A stretch of 64,000 nucleotides of DNA, taken from contig CAXXVO010000007.1 of the NCBI GenBank assembly GCA_963422645.2, positions 608,001 to 672,000 of the forward strand. Direction: 5' to 3'. Shown here in pieces: positions 52,983 through 64,000 of this stretch. Both the position numbers and the translations under genes were made by a program. The DNA is from Alphaproteobacteria bacterium. Lineage in GTDB: Bacteria; Pseudomonadota; Alphaproteobacteria; UBA828. Numbering within the stretch: the stretch's first letter is position 1; each line of letters begins with the position of its first letter. The notes beneath the pieces are model-generated. The model ran no database searches. It had not been told where the DNA came from and saw only the letters and a list, made by a program, of their open reading frames with translations.

Positions 52983-54857
52983 CTAGGCGCCCCTCAGCCT
53001 CGGGCGAGATTCGAAGGCGCGCTCGTCGCGCGGCTGCTCGTCGAAGAGCTCGGCGAGTTTTTCGGTCATGGTGCCACCGAGCTGCTCCGCGTCGGTGAGC
53101 GTAACGGCGCGGCGATAGTAGCGCGTCACGTCGTGCCCGATGCCGACGGCCAGCAACTGGACCGGCGAGAAGGTCTCGATCCAGTCGATGGCCGAGCGCA
53201 GGTGCCGCTCCAGATAGTTGCGCGCGTTGACCGAGAGCGTGCTGTCGTCGACCGGCGCGCCATCGGAGATGACCATCAGGATGCGCCGCTCCTCGGATCT
53301 GCCAAGCAGCCGCTCGTGGGCCCAAAGCAGCGCTTCACCGTCGATATTCTCCTTGAGCAGACCCTCGCGCAGCATGAGGCCGAGGCTCTTGCGCGCACGG
53401 CGCCAAGGCTCGTCGGCGTTCTTGTAAATGATGTGGCGGAGGTCGTTGAGGCGCCCCGGATTGCGGGCGCGCCCTTCGGCCAGCCAACGCTCGCGCGACT
53501 GGCCGCCCTTCCACGCGCGGGTGGTGAAACCCAGGATCTCCACCTTGACGCCGCAACGCTCCAGAGTCCGCGCCAGGATGTCGCCGCTCATGGCGGCGAC
53601 CATGATCGGCCGCCCGCGCATGGAGCCGGAGTTATCAATGAGCAGCGTCACCACCGTATCCCGGAACGAGGTCTCCTTCTCCATCTTGTAGGAGAGCGGA
53701 TGGAGAGGGTTGGTGACGACGCGGGAGAGCCTCGCGGTATCCAGCAGGCCTTCCTCCAGGTCGAACTCCCACGAGCGGGTTTGGCGCGCGAGCAGGCGGC
53801 GCTGCAGCCGGTTCGCGAGCCGGCTGATCACCCCATGAAGCTGGGAAAGTTGTTGATCGAGCTGGGTGCGCAGCCGCGCTAGCTCCTCGGCATCGCAGAG
53901 ATCCGAGGCGTTGACGATCTCGTCGAACTGCGTGGTGTACGCCTTGTAGGCCGGCTCCTTGCTTCCCGGTCCGGCGCCGGGTTGGAAGCGCCGGCGGCCG
54001 GCCTCCTCGTCGTCTTCCTCGCCCTCGCTCATGGAGGCATCGGCATCCTCGTCGGCTGCCTCTTGCGCGTCGGCATCGGCGTCTGCGTCGGCATCCGCCT
54101 CCCGGTCGCTGTCCGAATCCATCTCGTCGCCGCGCTCGGCATCGCCGGGCTGGCTCGCATCGTCATCGTCGGTCTGCTCGGGGCTCGACTGGTCTTCGGC
54201 GTCGTCCGGGTCTTCCGCGTCCTCGTCGGGCAGGTCCAGCTCCTTGATAAGGCGGCGGGAGAGATTAGAGAACTGGTCCTGGTCGTCGATCGCACGCAAG
54301 AGCTGCGACGTGTGCCGCGCGCCCTTGGTCTCGAACCAGGGCCGCCAGAGATCGGCCATGTGGCGGGCGGATTGCGGCAGGTGCCGGCCGGTGAGCCTCT
54401 CCCGCATGAGCATGGCGAGGGCTTCGGCGATCGGCACCTCCTCGGGCATCGTGCAGTTGCCGTAGCCCTTGCGGCGGCAACGCTGCTCCAGGGCCGAATC
54501 GAGATTTGCCGCGACGCCTGCCAGCTTGCTTGCGCCCAGCGCCTCGACCCGTGTCTGCTCGATCGCGTCGTAGATCGCGCGCGCGGTCTTGCCGCGCGGC
54601 TGCTCGCGCACATGGGCGCCCTGGTCGTGATAGCGGAGCCGGAGCGCCAGCGCATCGGCCGAGCCGCGCACGAGCTCCACATCGAGCGCGTTGAGATCGC
54701 GCGCGGGGAAGGGCAACTGAACCTGATCGCCTGCGACCTGCGGCTGATCCGCACCGAAGGAGACCTGAAGTTCTTCGCCCGCCTCGCCCGCGATGGCCCG
54801 CAGCGCCGAGCCGACGGCGCGCTGGAAGGTCTCGACGGGGGTTTCCTCCTGGGGCAC
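52983..54857 (-). CDS. cobT: cobaltochelatase subunit CobT
   Basis: Acidic linker; vWA domain [20 protein letters not shown] and ISDGAPVDD. Confidence 0.95.
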   Translation of the reverse strand: MPQEETPVETFQRAVGSALRAIAGEAGEELQVSFGADQPQVAGDQVQLPFPARDLNALDVELVRGSADALALRLRYHDQGAHVREQPRGKTARAIYDAIEQTRVEALGASKLAGVAANLDSALEQRCRRKGYGNCTMPEEVPIAEALAMLMRERLTGRHLPQSARHMADLWRPWFETKGARHTSQLLRAIDDQDQFSNLSRRLIKELDLPDEDAEDPDDAEDQSSPEQTDDDDASQPGDAERGDEMDSDSDREADADADADADAQEAADEDADASMSEGEEDDEEAGRRRFQPGAGPGSKEPAYKAYTTQFDEIVNASDLCDAEELARLRTQLDQQLSQLHGVISRLANRLQRRLLARQTRSWEFDLEEGLLDTARLSRVVTNPLHPLSYKMEKETSFRDTVVTLLIDNSGSMRGRPIMVAAMSGDILARTLERCGVKVEILGFTTRAWKGGQSRERWLAEGRARNPGRLNDLRHIIYKNADEPWRRARKSLGLMLREGLLKENIDGEALLWAHERLLGRSEERRILMVISDGAPVDDSTLSVNARNYLERHLRSAIDWIETFSPVQLLAVGIGHDVTRYYRRAVTLTDAEQLGGTMTEKLAELFDEQPRDERAFESRPRLRGA

Positions 54858-54872
54858 GCGGCGTGCTCCGGC

Positions 54873-55874
54873 TCAGGAGGTCGGCTGCAGCGGCGCCGAC
54901 GATTCGGGAAGCTCCATGCCGAGGCAGCGCTGGAAGTATTCGGCGATGATCGGCCGCTCCATCTCGTCGCACTTGTTCACGAAGGTGGTGCGGAAGGCGT
55001 AGCCCACGTCCCCGAAGATCTCGGCGTTCTCGGCCCAGTGGATGACCGTGCGCGGCGACATGACGGTGGAGATGTCGCCGGCCATGAAGCCTGAGCGGGA
55101 AAGATCCGCCACCTCGACCATCGCGTGGATCAGCTTGAGCTTCTCCTCGGTCTCGTAGGAGGGCACCTTCGACAGCACGATCTTCACCTCCTCGTCGTGG
55201 TGGAGGTAGTTCAGCGTCGCGACGAGGTTCCAGCGGTCCATCTGGCCCTGGTTGATTTGCTGCGTGCCGTGATAGAGGCCCGTCGTGTCGCCGAGGCCGA
55301 CGGTATTGGTGGTGGAGAAGATGCGGAATGCGGGATGCGGCCGCACCACCCGGTTCTGATCGAGCAGGGTGAGCTTGCCGTCGACCTCGAGGATGCGCTG
55401 GATCACGAACATCACGTCCGGCCGGCCGGCATCGTACTCGTCGAAGACCAGCGCCGTCGGATGCTGCAGCGCCCAGGGCAGCAGGCCTTCGCGAAACTCG
55501 GTCACCTGCACCCCGTCGCGGATGACGATCGCGTCCTTGCCGATCAGGTCGATACGGCTGATGTGACTGTCAAGGTTGATGCGAATGCAGGGCCAGTTGA
55601 GGCGCGCCGCCACCTGCTCGATGTGGGTGGATTTTCCGGTGCCGTGATAGCCCTGGATCATCACCCGGCGGTTGTGCGCAAAGCCTGCGAGGATGGTGAG
55701 CGTGGTGTCGCGGTCGAAGCGGTAGGCGGTGTCGATGTCCGGCACATGGTCCGTGGGATCCGAAAACGCCGGCACCTCCATGTCGGTATCGATACCGAAA
55801 GTCTGGCTGACGGAAACCTGGATGTCCGGCACTCCGTCATTGGTGACAGCCGCCCCTGCCTCGTTCATCTGCAT
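54873..55874 (-). CDS. cobS: cobaltochelatase subunit CobS
   Basis: [19 protein letters not shown] and QGQMDRW motifs. Confidence 0.95.
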   Translation of the reverse strand: MQMNEAGAAVTNDGVPDIQVSVSQTFGIDTDMEVPAFSDPTDHVPDIDTAYRFDRDTTLTILAGFAHNRRVMIQGYHGTGKSTHIEQVAARLNWPCIRINLDSHISRIDLIGKDAIVIRDGVQVTEFREGLLPWALQHPTALVFDEYDAGRPDVMFVIQRILEVDGKLTLLDQNRVVRPHPAFRIFSTTNTVGLGDTTGLYHGTQQINQGQMDRWNLVATLNYLHHDEEVKIVLSKVPSYETEEKLKLIHAMVEVADLSRSGFMAGDISTVMSPRTVIHWAENAEIFGDVGYAFRTTFVNKCDEMERPIIAEYFQRCLGMELPESSAPLQPTS

Positions 55875-55949
55875 TGCGCGCTTCCCTCTGCACAAATAAG
55901 GCCGCCATCGGCGGCCCTCCTGTGCCAGTCCGATCGACAACGCCTTCGT

Positions 55950-56531
55950 CTATGAGCACTCCTTCTTCAGGTAGTTATAGGCGTGATTGATGTGTTTCAA
56001 AAGCTCCTCGGATTCGCGTGAGCCTCCGTTGGCATCGGGGTGGTGCCGCTTGACCAGCGACTTGTAGCGCCGCTTGAGCGTGTCGATGTCGAGGGGTGGC
56101 GTGAGGTCGAATAGAGCGAGCGCTTCGAGCCTGGCCTCGGAGATCGTTTCCGTGCCTGTCCGCCTTCTTCCGTTCGGCGCTTCCTCGCCATTCAGCCACT
56201 CGCGCGCGAAGGTGCGGAAGGCTGCCTCCAGGTCCTCCCGCCGTGGCCCGCCTGGGCCTTGGCAGAACGGCCAGGTGGGGCGGTGCCCGGTCACGTCGTC
56301 CTGTTGAAAGCGTTCGATGTCGTGCTGGCTCCAGCCCGCGAAGTAATTCCACGAGCGGTTGTAGTCGCGCACATGGTTGAGGCAGAACCAGCGCCAGGAG
56401 CGAAGGTCGTGGGGCGCACGCGGGGCGCGATGGTCGGCGTCGCGGTCGCAGTCGGGATGTTCGCACACGCGGACGGGCGGCTCTTCCGCCTCGCGGTGCA
56501 TATCCTTCTCCGCTGCATGGCGCCATTCCAT
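55950..56531 (-). CDS. J-domain protein
   Basis: WFCLNHVRDYN..WNYF; C-terminal HPD J domain. Confidence 0.9.
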   Translation of the reverse strand: MEWRHAAEKDMHREAEEPPVRVCEHPDCDRDADHRAPRAPHDLRSWRWFCLNHVRDYNRSWNYFAGWSQHDIERFQQDDVTGHRPTWPFCQGPGGPRREDLEAAFRTFAREWLNGEEAPNGRRRTGTETISEARLEALALFDLTPPLDIDTLKRRYKSLVKRHHPDANGGSRESEELLKHINHAYNYLKKECS

Positions 56532-56627
56532 GAGAGCACTATGCCGCCCCCTCTGGGGCGGGGCAAGGCGGCGGGCGGGGACGAATTCGTGACAAAGACC
56601 GCTCAATTCCACGGCCGCATGGTTCTT

Positions 56628-58238
56628 CTAATTGTGGTCGCGACGAATCATGTCGGCCGCCTTCTCGCCGATCATTATGGTGGGCGCATTGGTGTTGCCG
56701 GAGGGGATGGCAGGCATGATCGAGGCGTCGGCGACGCGCAAGCCCGCGATGCCGTGGACCCGGAGCCGCTCGTCGACGACACTCATCGCGTCGCTCCCCA
56801 TCTTGCAGGTGCCGACCGGGTGATAGACCGTGCCCGCCGTCTCGCGCACGTAGCGTGCCAGCGCTTCGTCGCTCTCGACGTCCGCACCCGGCCGCTGTTC
56901 GGACTCGACGCACGAGGCGAAAGGCTCGGTCCCCTGGATGCGGCGCAGGATACGCACGCCTCGGACAAGGCTCATCACGTCCTCATCGTGGGCGAGGTAG
57001 TTGGGCTGAATGGCGACCCGCCGCCTACCGTCCGTGTCCCGCTCCAGGGTGACCCGGCCACGGCTCTTGGGCCGGATGGCACAGACCGAGCTGGTGCCGC
57101 CGGGGTAGGGATGCGGACGCCATCCGCCATCCGGCAGCAGCTCGAAGCTGAGCGGCCGAAAGGTGATCTGGATATCGGGCCGGCCTCCCTGCTCCCTGGA
57201 ATCGAGGAAGCCGCAGACCTCGCATGATGTGAGCGACAGCGCGCCGGTGCGGAAGATGCCGTAGCGCAGCACCTCCGCCGCAAGCCGCGGGCGGCTGCGC
57301 AGCAAGCGGTTGAGCGTCGGCACCCCTTTCTTGAGCTGCGGCTGCACAAAGACAAACAGGTGGTCGTGGAGGTTCTCGCCGACCCCCGGCAGGTGGTGGG
57401 CAGGCGCAATGCCGAGCGTCTTGAGCACGGCTGCATCGCCGATTCCCGATTGCAGCAGGATCTGGGGCGAGGCCACGGTGCCTGCGCAGAGCACGACCTC
57501 TCGCTCTGCGCGGGCGGTGACGGTGACGCCGGACTTGTCGGTAAAGACGACGCCGGTGGCGACGCGCTCCTCGACGACGATGCGGTCCACCAGCGCCTCG
57601 GTCACGACGTGCAGGTTCTCCCGTGCCGCTGCCGGCCGCAGATAGCCCACGGCCGTGGTCATGCGCCGGCCATTCCTGATCGTGCCCTGGACCATCGCGA
57701 TGCCGTGCTGATCGCCGGTGTTGAGGTCGTCCAGACGGGGAATGCCGCTCTGTACTGCGGCGTCGACGAAGAGTCGGGAGGCCGGGCTGCTGGGTCTGGT
57801 GTCGCTCACGCCGATGGGGCCGCCGATGCCGTGGCTCTCGCTCTCCCCGTGCTGCTGATCTTCGGCCTTGCGGAAGTAGGGCAACACATCCGCCCAGCCC
57901 CAACCTTCGTTGCCGGCGTCGCGCCAGGCGTCGTAATCCTCGGCCTGGCCGCGGATATAGAGCATGCCGTTGATCGCGCTGGTGCCGCCGAGCACCCTGC
58001 CGGAGGGGAATGGCATGCGCCGGCCGCCGAGGCCAGGCACGGGCTCGGATTGCCGCCGCCAGTTGAGCTTCGGGTGGGTGAGCAGGCGAGTGAAACCTGC
58101 AGGGATGTGGATAAAGGGGTTGGTGTCTTTCGGACCCGCTTCGAGGAGCAGCACGCTGTTGCGCGGGTCCTCCGCGAGGCGGGCGGCGACCGCCGCTCCG
58201 CCGGAGCCGGAACCGATGACAATGTAGTCCGCCTGCAT
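56628..58238 (-). CDS. GMC family oxidoreductase
   Basis: IGSGSGG, GGTSAINGMLYIRG, YHPVGTCKMG and GNTNAP motifs. Confidence 0.93.
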   Translation of the reverse strand: MQADYIVIGSGSGGAAVAARLAEDPRNSVLLLEAGPKDTNPFIHIPAGFTRLLTHPKLNWRRQSEPVPGLGGRRMPFPSGRVLGGTSAINGMLYIRGQAEDYDAWRDAGNEGWGWADVLPYFRKAEDQQHGESESHGIGGPIGVSDTRPSSPASRLFVDAAVQSGIPRLDDLNTGDQHGIAMVQGTIRNGRRMTTAVGYLRPAAARENLHVVTEALVDRIVVEERVATGVVFTDKSGVTVTARAEREVVLCAGTVASPQILLQSGIGDAAVLKTLGIAPAHHLPGVGENLHDHLFVFVQPQLKKGVPTLNRLLRSRPRLAAEVLRYGIFRTGALSLTSCEVCGFLDSREQGGRPDIQITFRPLSFELLPDGGWRPHPYPGGTSSVCAIRPKSRGRVTLERDTDGRRRVAIQPNYLAHDEDVMSLVRGVRILRRIQGTEPFASCVESEQRPGADVESDEALARYVRETAGTVYHPVGTCKMGSDAMSVVDERLRVHGIAGLRVADASIMPAIPSGNTNAPTIMIGEKAADMIRRDHN

Positions 58239-58249
58239 TGTCTGATGCG

Positions 58250-58999
58250 TCAGGCGAGCGCCGCCGCGAGCGCCGTCGCGTCCTCGACGATGAGGTCGGG
58301 CTGGTGCGGGGTCTCGCCGAAGGGGCGGCTGCGCCGGTCGATGAAGACCGTGCGCATGCCGTAGGCCTTTGCACCGATACAATCGAAGGCGTGATTGGCG
58401 ACCAGCGCGCAGGCCGTGCGGTCGGCGCCGATAATCTCGGCGGCTTTGTCATAGGTCCGCCAATGGGGCTTGAAGGCCCCGGCCTCCTGCACCGAGATCA
58501 CATGATCGAAGCGGATGCCGACGTGCGGCATCGCAGCTTCCAGCATGTCGCGATCGCCGTTAGAGAGGATCGCAAGCGCGTAGCCCGCTGCGCGCAGCCC
58601 CTCCAGCGCAGCAGATACTTCGGGGAAGGGCTTGAGCGTCTCGATGTGGCTGACGAGCCGCATCACTTCCTCCTGCGTGTAGGGGAAGCCGCAGCGGTCC
58701 ATCACGAAGGCAAGCGCCCGGTGGCTGATCTCGCGATAGGAGGTGTGGCCCCGATCGCATAGAGAATCAATCATCGAGTTCTCGAAGTGAGTGCGCCGCC
58801 ACCAGGTGACAAAGCGGTGCGGCGCGCCGTCCCAGCCCTTCTCCTTCAGGTACGGGGTCGCGACCTCCGTCAGCCCTGCCTGCATGTCGACGACCGTGCC
58901 ATAGAGGTCGAAGACCAGGACCTTCGTCTCGCGCCTGAGAATCGCCGCCCGCTCGTGGGCGGTGCCGGAATCAGTCAACGAAGTGCGCCGCGGCTCCAT
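58250..58999 (-). CDS. haloacid dehalogenase type II
   Basis: FDLYGT, LSNG, FKP and ANHAFD motifs. Confidence 0.9.
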   Translation of the reverse strand: MEPRRTSLTDSGTAHERAAILRRETKVLVFDLYGTVVDMQAGLTEVATPYLKEKGWDGAPHRFVTWWRRTHFENSMIDSLCDRGHTSYREISHRALAFVMDRCGFPYTQEEVMRLVSHIETLKPFPEVSAALEGLRAAGYALAILSNGDRDMLEAAMPHVGIRFDHVISVQEAGAFKPHWRTYDKAAEIIGADRTACALVANHAFDCIGAKAYGMRTVFIDRRSRPFGETPHQPDLIVEDATALAAALA

Positions 59000-59015
59000 G
59001 TATCGCAATCGGGCC

Positions 59016-60284
59016 CTAAGCCTTGACGCAGCGGACCGGCAGCGATTCCAGACCACGCAGCACGATGCTGTTGCGGAACCGCGGGTTCTCGCCGCGCAGG
59101 CTGATTTGGGAAAAGCGCTCCAGCAGCACCTCGAGAACAATTCGGCCTTCCAGGCGCGCAAGCGGGGCGCCGATGCAGTGGTGGATGCCGCGCCCGAACG
59201 AGAGGTGGGAGCGGTCACCACGGCCAACATCCAGCCGGTCTGGTTCTTCGAACACGTCCGGGTCTCGGTTAGCCGCGCCAAGCAGGACGACGATGTTGTT
59301 GCGTTTCTTCAAGGGGAACCCGTTCACCTCGCAGTCCTCCAGCACGCGGCGGAAATCCGTCTGCACCGGCGAATCGAAGCGGAGCAGCTCATCGACCGCC
59401 GACGGGATCAGGCTCGGGTCCTCCCTGAGCCGCTGCAGCTGATCGGGATAGCGCAGCAAGGCCAGCACGCCGTTGCCGATCAAGTTGGTGGTGGTCTCAT
59501 TGCCGGCAATGAGTAGCAAGCGCAGCATGTTAAGCATCTCGCGCTCGGTGAGCCGGTCGCCTTCCTCCTCCGCCTGCGCTAGCGCACTCACGATGTCGTC
59601 CTTCGGTGCTGCTCGTCGCTCCTCGATGATCGGCCGGAAGTATTCGTTAAGCGACTGGTTGGCCGTTTCGGCAAGCGCGCGCTCTCGAGCGTCGATCGAC
59701 GGCTCCAGGGTACGCGCACGCTGGTCCGACCAGACCTTGAACTGGGCCCGGTCCTCCGGCGGCACGCCGAGCATCTCGGCAATAACGATCACGGGCAGCG
59801 GTTGGGCTACCGCCTGCATCAGGTCGAAACCAGCGGGGTCGTCAATCTCGTCCAACAGGGCTCCGAGCAGCGTGCGAATGTGGGGCTCAAGCGCGTTTAC
59901 CGCCTTGGGCGTAAAGGCCTTGTTGACCAGCGCCCTGAGCCGCTTGTGGTCCGGCGGGTCGAGGAAGAGCATGGTGAACTCTTCGTCCGCAGGCAGGTTG
60001 GCGCGCTGCCGCCGCGAGAGATTGCCCTTGCGCGGGTCGTTACCGAAGCGCCGATGGTCACGCAAGATCGTGTCGATGTCCGCATGCCGGGTGAAGAGCC
60101 AGGCATTCATCAGCCCGCTGCGGTGTACGGGGTCCCTTTCCCGCAGAGCTGCGTAGACGGGATAAGGGTCTTGGGCTGTCTGCCTCGACAGCGGGTTGTA
60201 CACCACGCCGCTCTGCCAGCGTTCGCGCGCGAGCATCGCGCCTACCACGACGGACCGTATCGCTTGGCGCATCGAGAACATCAT
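59016..60284 (-). CDS. cytochrome P450
   Basis: AGNETT, ELLR and FGRGIHHCIGA heme-ligand motifs. Confidence 0.95.
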   Translation of the reverse strand: MMFSMRQAIRSVVVGAMLARERWQSGVVYNPLSRQTAQDPYPVYAALRERDPVHRSGLMNAWLFTRHADIDTILRDHRRFGNDPRKGNLSRRQRANLPADEEFTMLFLDPPDHKRLRALVNKAFTPKAVNALEPHIRTLLGALLDEIDDPAGFDLMQAVAQPLPVIVIAEMLGVPPEDRAQFKVWSDQRARTLEPSIDARERALAETANQSLNEYFRPIIEERRAAPKDDIVSALAQAEEEGDRLTEREMLNMLRLLLIAGNETTTNLIGNGVLALLRYPDQLQRLREDPSLIPSAVDELLRFDSPVQTDFRRVLEDCEVNGFPLKKRNNIVVLLGAANRDPDVFEEPDRLDVGRGDRSHLSFGRGIHHCIGAPLARLEGRIVLEVLLERFSQISLRGENPRFRNSIVLRGLESLPVRCVKA

Positions 60285-60553
60285 TGCCTCCTTGCGGACG
60301 CGCTTTCCCTGTTCACACGCGTCTCGCGGCCACCTCAGACACGAGAGAGAATAGCGCGGCATCGAGTGAGAGCGCCAACAATGCCGCGGCGACCTTGAAC
60401 TCCGTCGCCACCACGCATGATTCTGTAGTCTCGATAGGCTCTTCGGACCTGTGCCGAAAAGACGCTATGGGCTCAACGATGAGCGGTAGACTGGCAAGAA
60501 CTGGCCAGAAACCGGACCATCGATGGCCTTGATGGCGCATGACAGACCAATTT

Positions 60554-63111
60554 CAGAACTCCTGACATGGTGCAATTTCAAATGGCGGAAAGAGCCGGGG
60601 GCTGGAAGACGAATCGGAGTTGCGTTCCCGGATAGAGGTGCGATTCGGCGGTGAGATTTTCGCAGAGATGAGCGAGAGCGCGGTTGAATCGCGGGTTGGC
60701 CATGGAGTGGAAGCGGAGGATGAGTATCTGTCGTTCGGGTCGCGGGATCATGTCGGCCGGAAGCTGGTAGACCGCCTTGAGGAAAGTGCGGCCCTCCTCG
60801 GCATCGCGCATGAACAGCGGTGCGATCATGGGCAGCATCGCACTCTCGGCGCGGTATGCGATCATGCGGATCAGGTCGGTGAAGCGCTTGCGTCGATCTC
60901 GAGACGAACGATGTCCGCCTCGTCCATCACGGTCTTGGCCGACACCTTCTTCGGCAAGGCTCTCTTCCCGGCCCGGATCTCCTTGAGGATACGGTCGAAC
61001 TCGCCGATCCATTCCCTGATGTCCGGCAGGTCCGGATCGCTCGGCTTCCGGTCGCGCAGTTCGCCGTAGCGAATGCGAAGCTTGTCGAGCGCCTTCTTCA
61101 CGATCTTCCGGCTTTTCTCCAGAGCCTTGATCTGAGGATTTGCCATCGGGCGGTCGGGGTCTGCGGCTTCTGCGGCATAGCTGCACCGATGGTCGAGGGC
61201 GTATTCCTGGCGCATGTATTTGAAGTAGTTCTCCTGCCGCCATCGCGCGAACATCCGGGCGGCGACGGCGCCGGTCGACAGGTCGGTGCGCGTGGTCACG
61301 ATCGAGGTCTGGTGGCCGTTGTCGCATAGCCTGCGAACTTCGCGCACTGTCAGAGAGTCACCGCCCCCGGTGCTGAGCGCGAGCGGCTTTTCGGCCAGCT
61401 TCCAGGTCATCGGCTTGCCTGCCTTCTGCCGGCCGCTCGGATCGACAACGGTGACGAAGTCCTGCTGTGGCCAGGGGGCGTAGCGACCCTTGCGATAGGT
61501 CATGATGTCGAAGCCGGCGATCGACCAGCGCTGGAAGGCAGCCGGGCTCCAGGCGCCGCGATCGAACACCACGGTCGGCCGCGGCCCGGCGCCGACCTCG
61601 TCGCGGATTTTCGGGAGAACCGCGTTCTCAAGCATCGACAGCAGGTCGTCATTGGCTTCGGCGGTGACGAAGAACCAGGGCTGCGCCTGCGCGTCGTTCA
61701 CCCAGGTATCGGAGGTCGCCGGCATGCACAGCCGACGCTGCGGCGACCAGGTCTTCGGGATCTTGTACTTGCGGCCATGATAGGGCCGGACATGGCCGTC
61801 GACATAGAGATAGCCCAGCGCCTCGGGGCGCGCCCAACGCCGGGCCAGCGCATCGGCGAAGTGGCGCGCCTTGCCCATGGCGCCGATTTCCGCGAGCTTG
61901 CGGCGCAAGGTCTTCACCTCCGGCGCGCGGTCGAGGCCGAGCAGCAGGCCGAGTTCGCCCGGCGCATGGGCTTTGAGCTGCTCCGGCGTGCGTATCCGCA
62001 GCAGCGCCATGAAGGTGAGCAACAACAGCACGCTGCACAGACCGAAGAAGCCCTTCTTGAGATGGCCGTAGGCTTGCTCGCCGGCCGCGAACAGGCCCTG
62101 ATCCAGCACCGCCGGCAGCGCCAGCAGCACACCGGCTCCCGGCACCGCTTCCGCCGCCTGCACCTGCATCGGCGCCTCCGTCAGGCGGCCGGCCATCGCC
62201 AGAGTCCGTTCCTCAATCCGCTTGACGGCAACACCGGCGCTGCACTGCGCATCCGCCGCCGAACGCAGCGACGGTCCCGGCCCGGTCTCCAGGATGCCCT
62301 GTGGGAGCGACAACGATACCGGCGCTTCCGTTCGCTGAGCGCCCGGCGCCGGTGCAGCTGCAACCGAACCCTGCGCCGGCCCGGCACCCTTGCCTCCTCG
62401 CGCCGTCCGCTTGCCCGGCCGCACCAGCTTGCCGGTCTTGATCGCCGCCCTGACGCACCCTTCCGAGACCCCGACGGCACGCCCTGTTGCCGACACGCTC
62501 GCACCTGCGTCGAGCAGCTCCTGTGCCAGGGTGAGCTCGGCCCCGGCCAGCTTGTATCCTTTTCTTGGACGCGGCTTCGCGATGAGCGCCTCCAGCCCAC
62601 CGTCGAGATACTTGTCACGATTGCGCCGGACGGTCTGCCCGCTGACACCCATCGCCCTTGCCAGAGCTTCGGCTGAGACCAGACGCTGTGCAGTGAGCAT
62701 CGCCATTGCGTGGCGTTTCCCGAGGGCATCGTCTTCGGCATAGGTGAAGATCGGGCCCGCGCTGTTGAAAAAGACGACCCTTCCGTCCTCTTCGACCATT
62801 GCGAGCGTCTCGGAGATGACGATGGCGTTTTCCGGCCACAGCGGAAACTGAAGCTGCATCGGCTATGTTCCTGAACCGCGTTGTGCCCCTTTGCCGCGCA
62901 TTGTAAGCGAGTTCGGCTGCTCACTACGAGGCCCCTTTACAGCGCCCATATCATTGACATTAGTTGGAATACCCTGCTATTCTGACCGCTTCTTTCTGCC
63001 GCTCGTCCCGCATCTTTTCGCCTCAACACTTGACATTACGAAGGTCGGCCGGCGGTTCCCAAAACATTCTCAATGATTCAATCACTTACCAGCGTAATGT
63101 CAGGAGTTCTG
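60554..63111 (-). mobile_element. insertion sequence of unassigned family (2558 bp)
   Basis: 15-bp IR CAGAACTCCTGACAT; 5-bp TSD AATTT (60549-60553 and 63112-63116). Confidence 0.88.
60578..62859 (-). pseudogene. large putative DDE transposase with N-terminal HTHs, frameshift at about 60893
   Basis: YVDGH...VFDRG...RWRQENYFKY; ORF 60871-62859 continues as RKRFTDLIRMIAYRAES in another frame to 60578. Confidence 0.8.
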
Positions 63112-63492
63112 AATTTCGGTCAGACGCAAGATATGCTCATCAGCGACTATCAGTCCTTGTGAGGCAATCCGTCGACGAACGAGAGCCAAATACGCTTTGT
63201 CGGTACAAGCTCCGGCAATCATCGCGCGGGAAGCCCGTGCCGCATACCACAAACGATATGGTAACGATAGGTAGCATTATTTTAGTGCTGCGCAACAAAT
63301 CTCCGCCGTGACATCGTTTTTCATGAAACAGGCTAGGCTGTCGAAATCATAGACTCACCAACCGGCTATGGCGCACCCCGAGGCTCTTGCTGTGTCGTCA
63401 GCGTCAGTCACGTGACAGCGCGAAAGTTTTGCTAACAGAACGTCCTCGTTGCCGGAATTCTGGATGCATTGAGTTGTTATCCTGGAAATATC

Positions 63493-63506
63493 GTAACTAC
63501 CCAGGT
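63493..63506 (+). repeat. IS66-like terminal inverted repeat
   Basis: GTAACTACCCAGGT is 13/14 identical to the IS66 IR in this window. Confidence 0.6.
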
Positions 63507-63634
63507 ACCCCAATCCTGAGTTGAGGACGGTGATTATGGCGGCGGCCGCGGTCTGGTTCTGCCACCGCGATTGGTTCTTGACCTCATAGAGTTGCGGGAC
63601 TATGGACTGCTCTCTCGCGTGACGGGAGCGGTCC

Positions 63635-64000
63635 ATGGGGTATTTCGGCTCGAAGGCGACAGCAGGTCTGTGCCAAGCGCTGATTGCGCTGATGCCGCCG
63701 CACTCCGTCTACATCGAAAGCCACCTTGGGGGCGGGGCGCTGACGAAGCGCAAGCCGCCGGCCGTGCGTTCGATCGGCATCGACCGCGATGCGCAGGCGC
63801 TCGAGGCCTTCGTCTGCGACTACCCGGTCGATCTGGTTCACGGCTGTGCCCATGACTTCCTGGCCTCGTTCCCGTTCCTGGGCCCGGAGCTGGTTTACAG
63901 CGATCCGCCCTATCTGCACGCGACCCGCCGCTCGGCGCAGCGCTACCGCTTCGAGTACGAGGAGGCCGGCCACGTCGCGCTTCTCGAACTGCTCAAGGCT
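63635..64000 (+). CDS. DNA adenine methyltransferase (Dam/D12 class), 3'-partial
   Basis: Manual translation MGYFGSK...YIESHLGGGA...GIDRD...VYSDPPY; runs off the window, so it is absent from the ORF track. Confidence 0.88.
   Translation, partial: MGYFGSKATAGLCQALIALMPPHSVYIESHLGGGALTKRKPPAVRSIGIDRDAQALEAFVCDYPVDLVHGCAHDFLASFPFLGPELVYSDPPYLHATRRSAQRYRFEYEEAGHVALLELLKA

Noticed and set aside
54000-54240. Asp/Ala-rich repeats
   Set aside because: Known acidic linker of CobT
63117-63492. Lower-GC stretch as a gene interrupted by the IS
   Set aside because: Rejoining the flanks at the TSD gave no convincing ORF

Overview
GC-rich, alphaproteobacterial-type chromosomal window. 1-16.5 kb holds catabolic and transport genes: iolD-iolE-SDR; a LysR/crotonase/CoA-transferase/FAD-oxidoreductase/ABC operon; and a 2OG-Fe(II) oxygenase, Pot-like ABC transporter, deaminase and VOC protein. 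17-30 kb is a decaying accessory region. It has a ~1430-aa Calx-beta/autotransporter gene split by an unusual tandem IS110/IS1111 element with a candidate bridge RNA. It also has an integrase stub fused to a 5'-truncated group II intron, whose RT gene is split right after the PQG motif by a 2.2-kb large-serine-recombinase element with long terminal inverted repeats, followed by imelysin, di-heme and DUF2325-like pseudogenes. 30-60 kb is mostly core genes (ubiG, lysC, rodZ, hisS, prfA, prmC, clpB, trkH, folE, apaG, cobT/cobS, GMC, HAD, P450) with two matching IS66 copies. The window ends with a frameshifted IS of unassigned family and a DNA adenine methyltransferase just inside an IS66-like end. 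The best candidate for a new system is the serine-recombinase element inserted in the intron RT. All calls come from motif recognition by eye, and no database searches were run.
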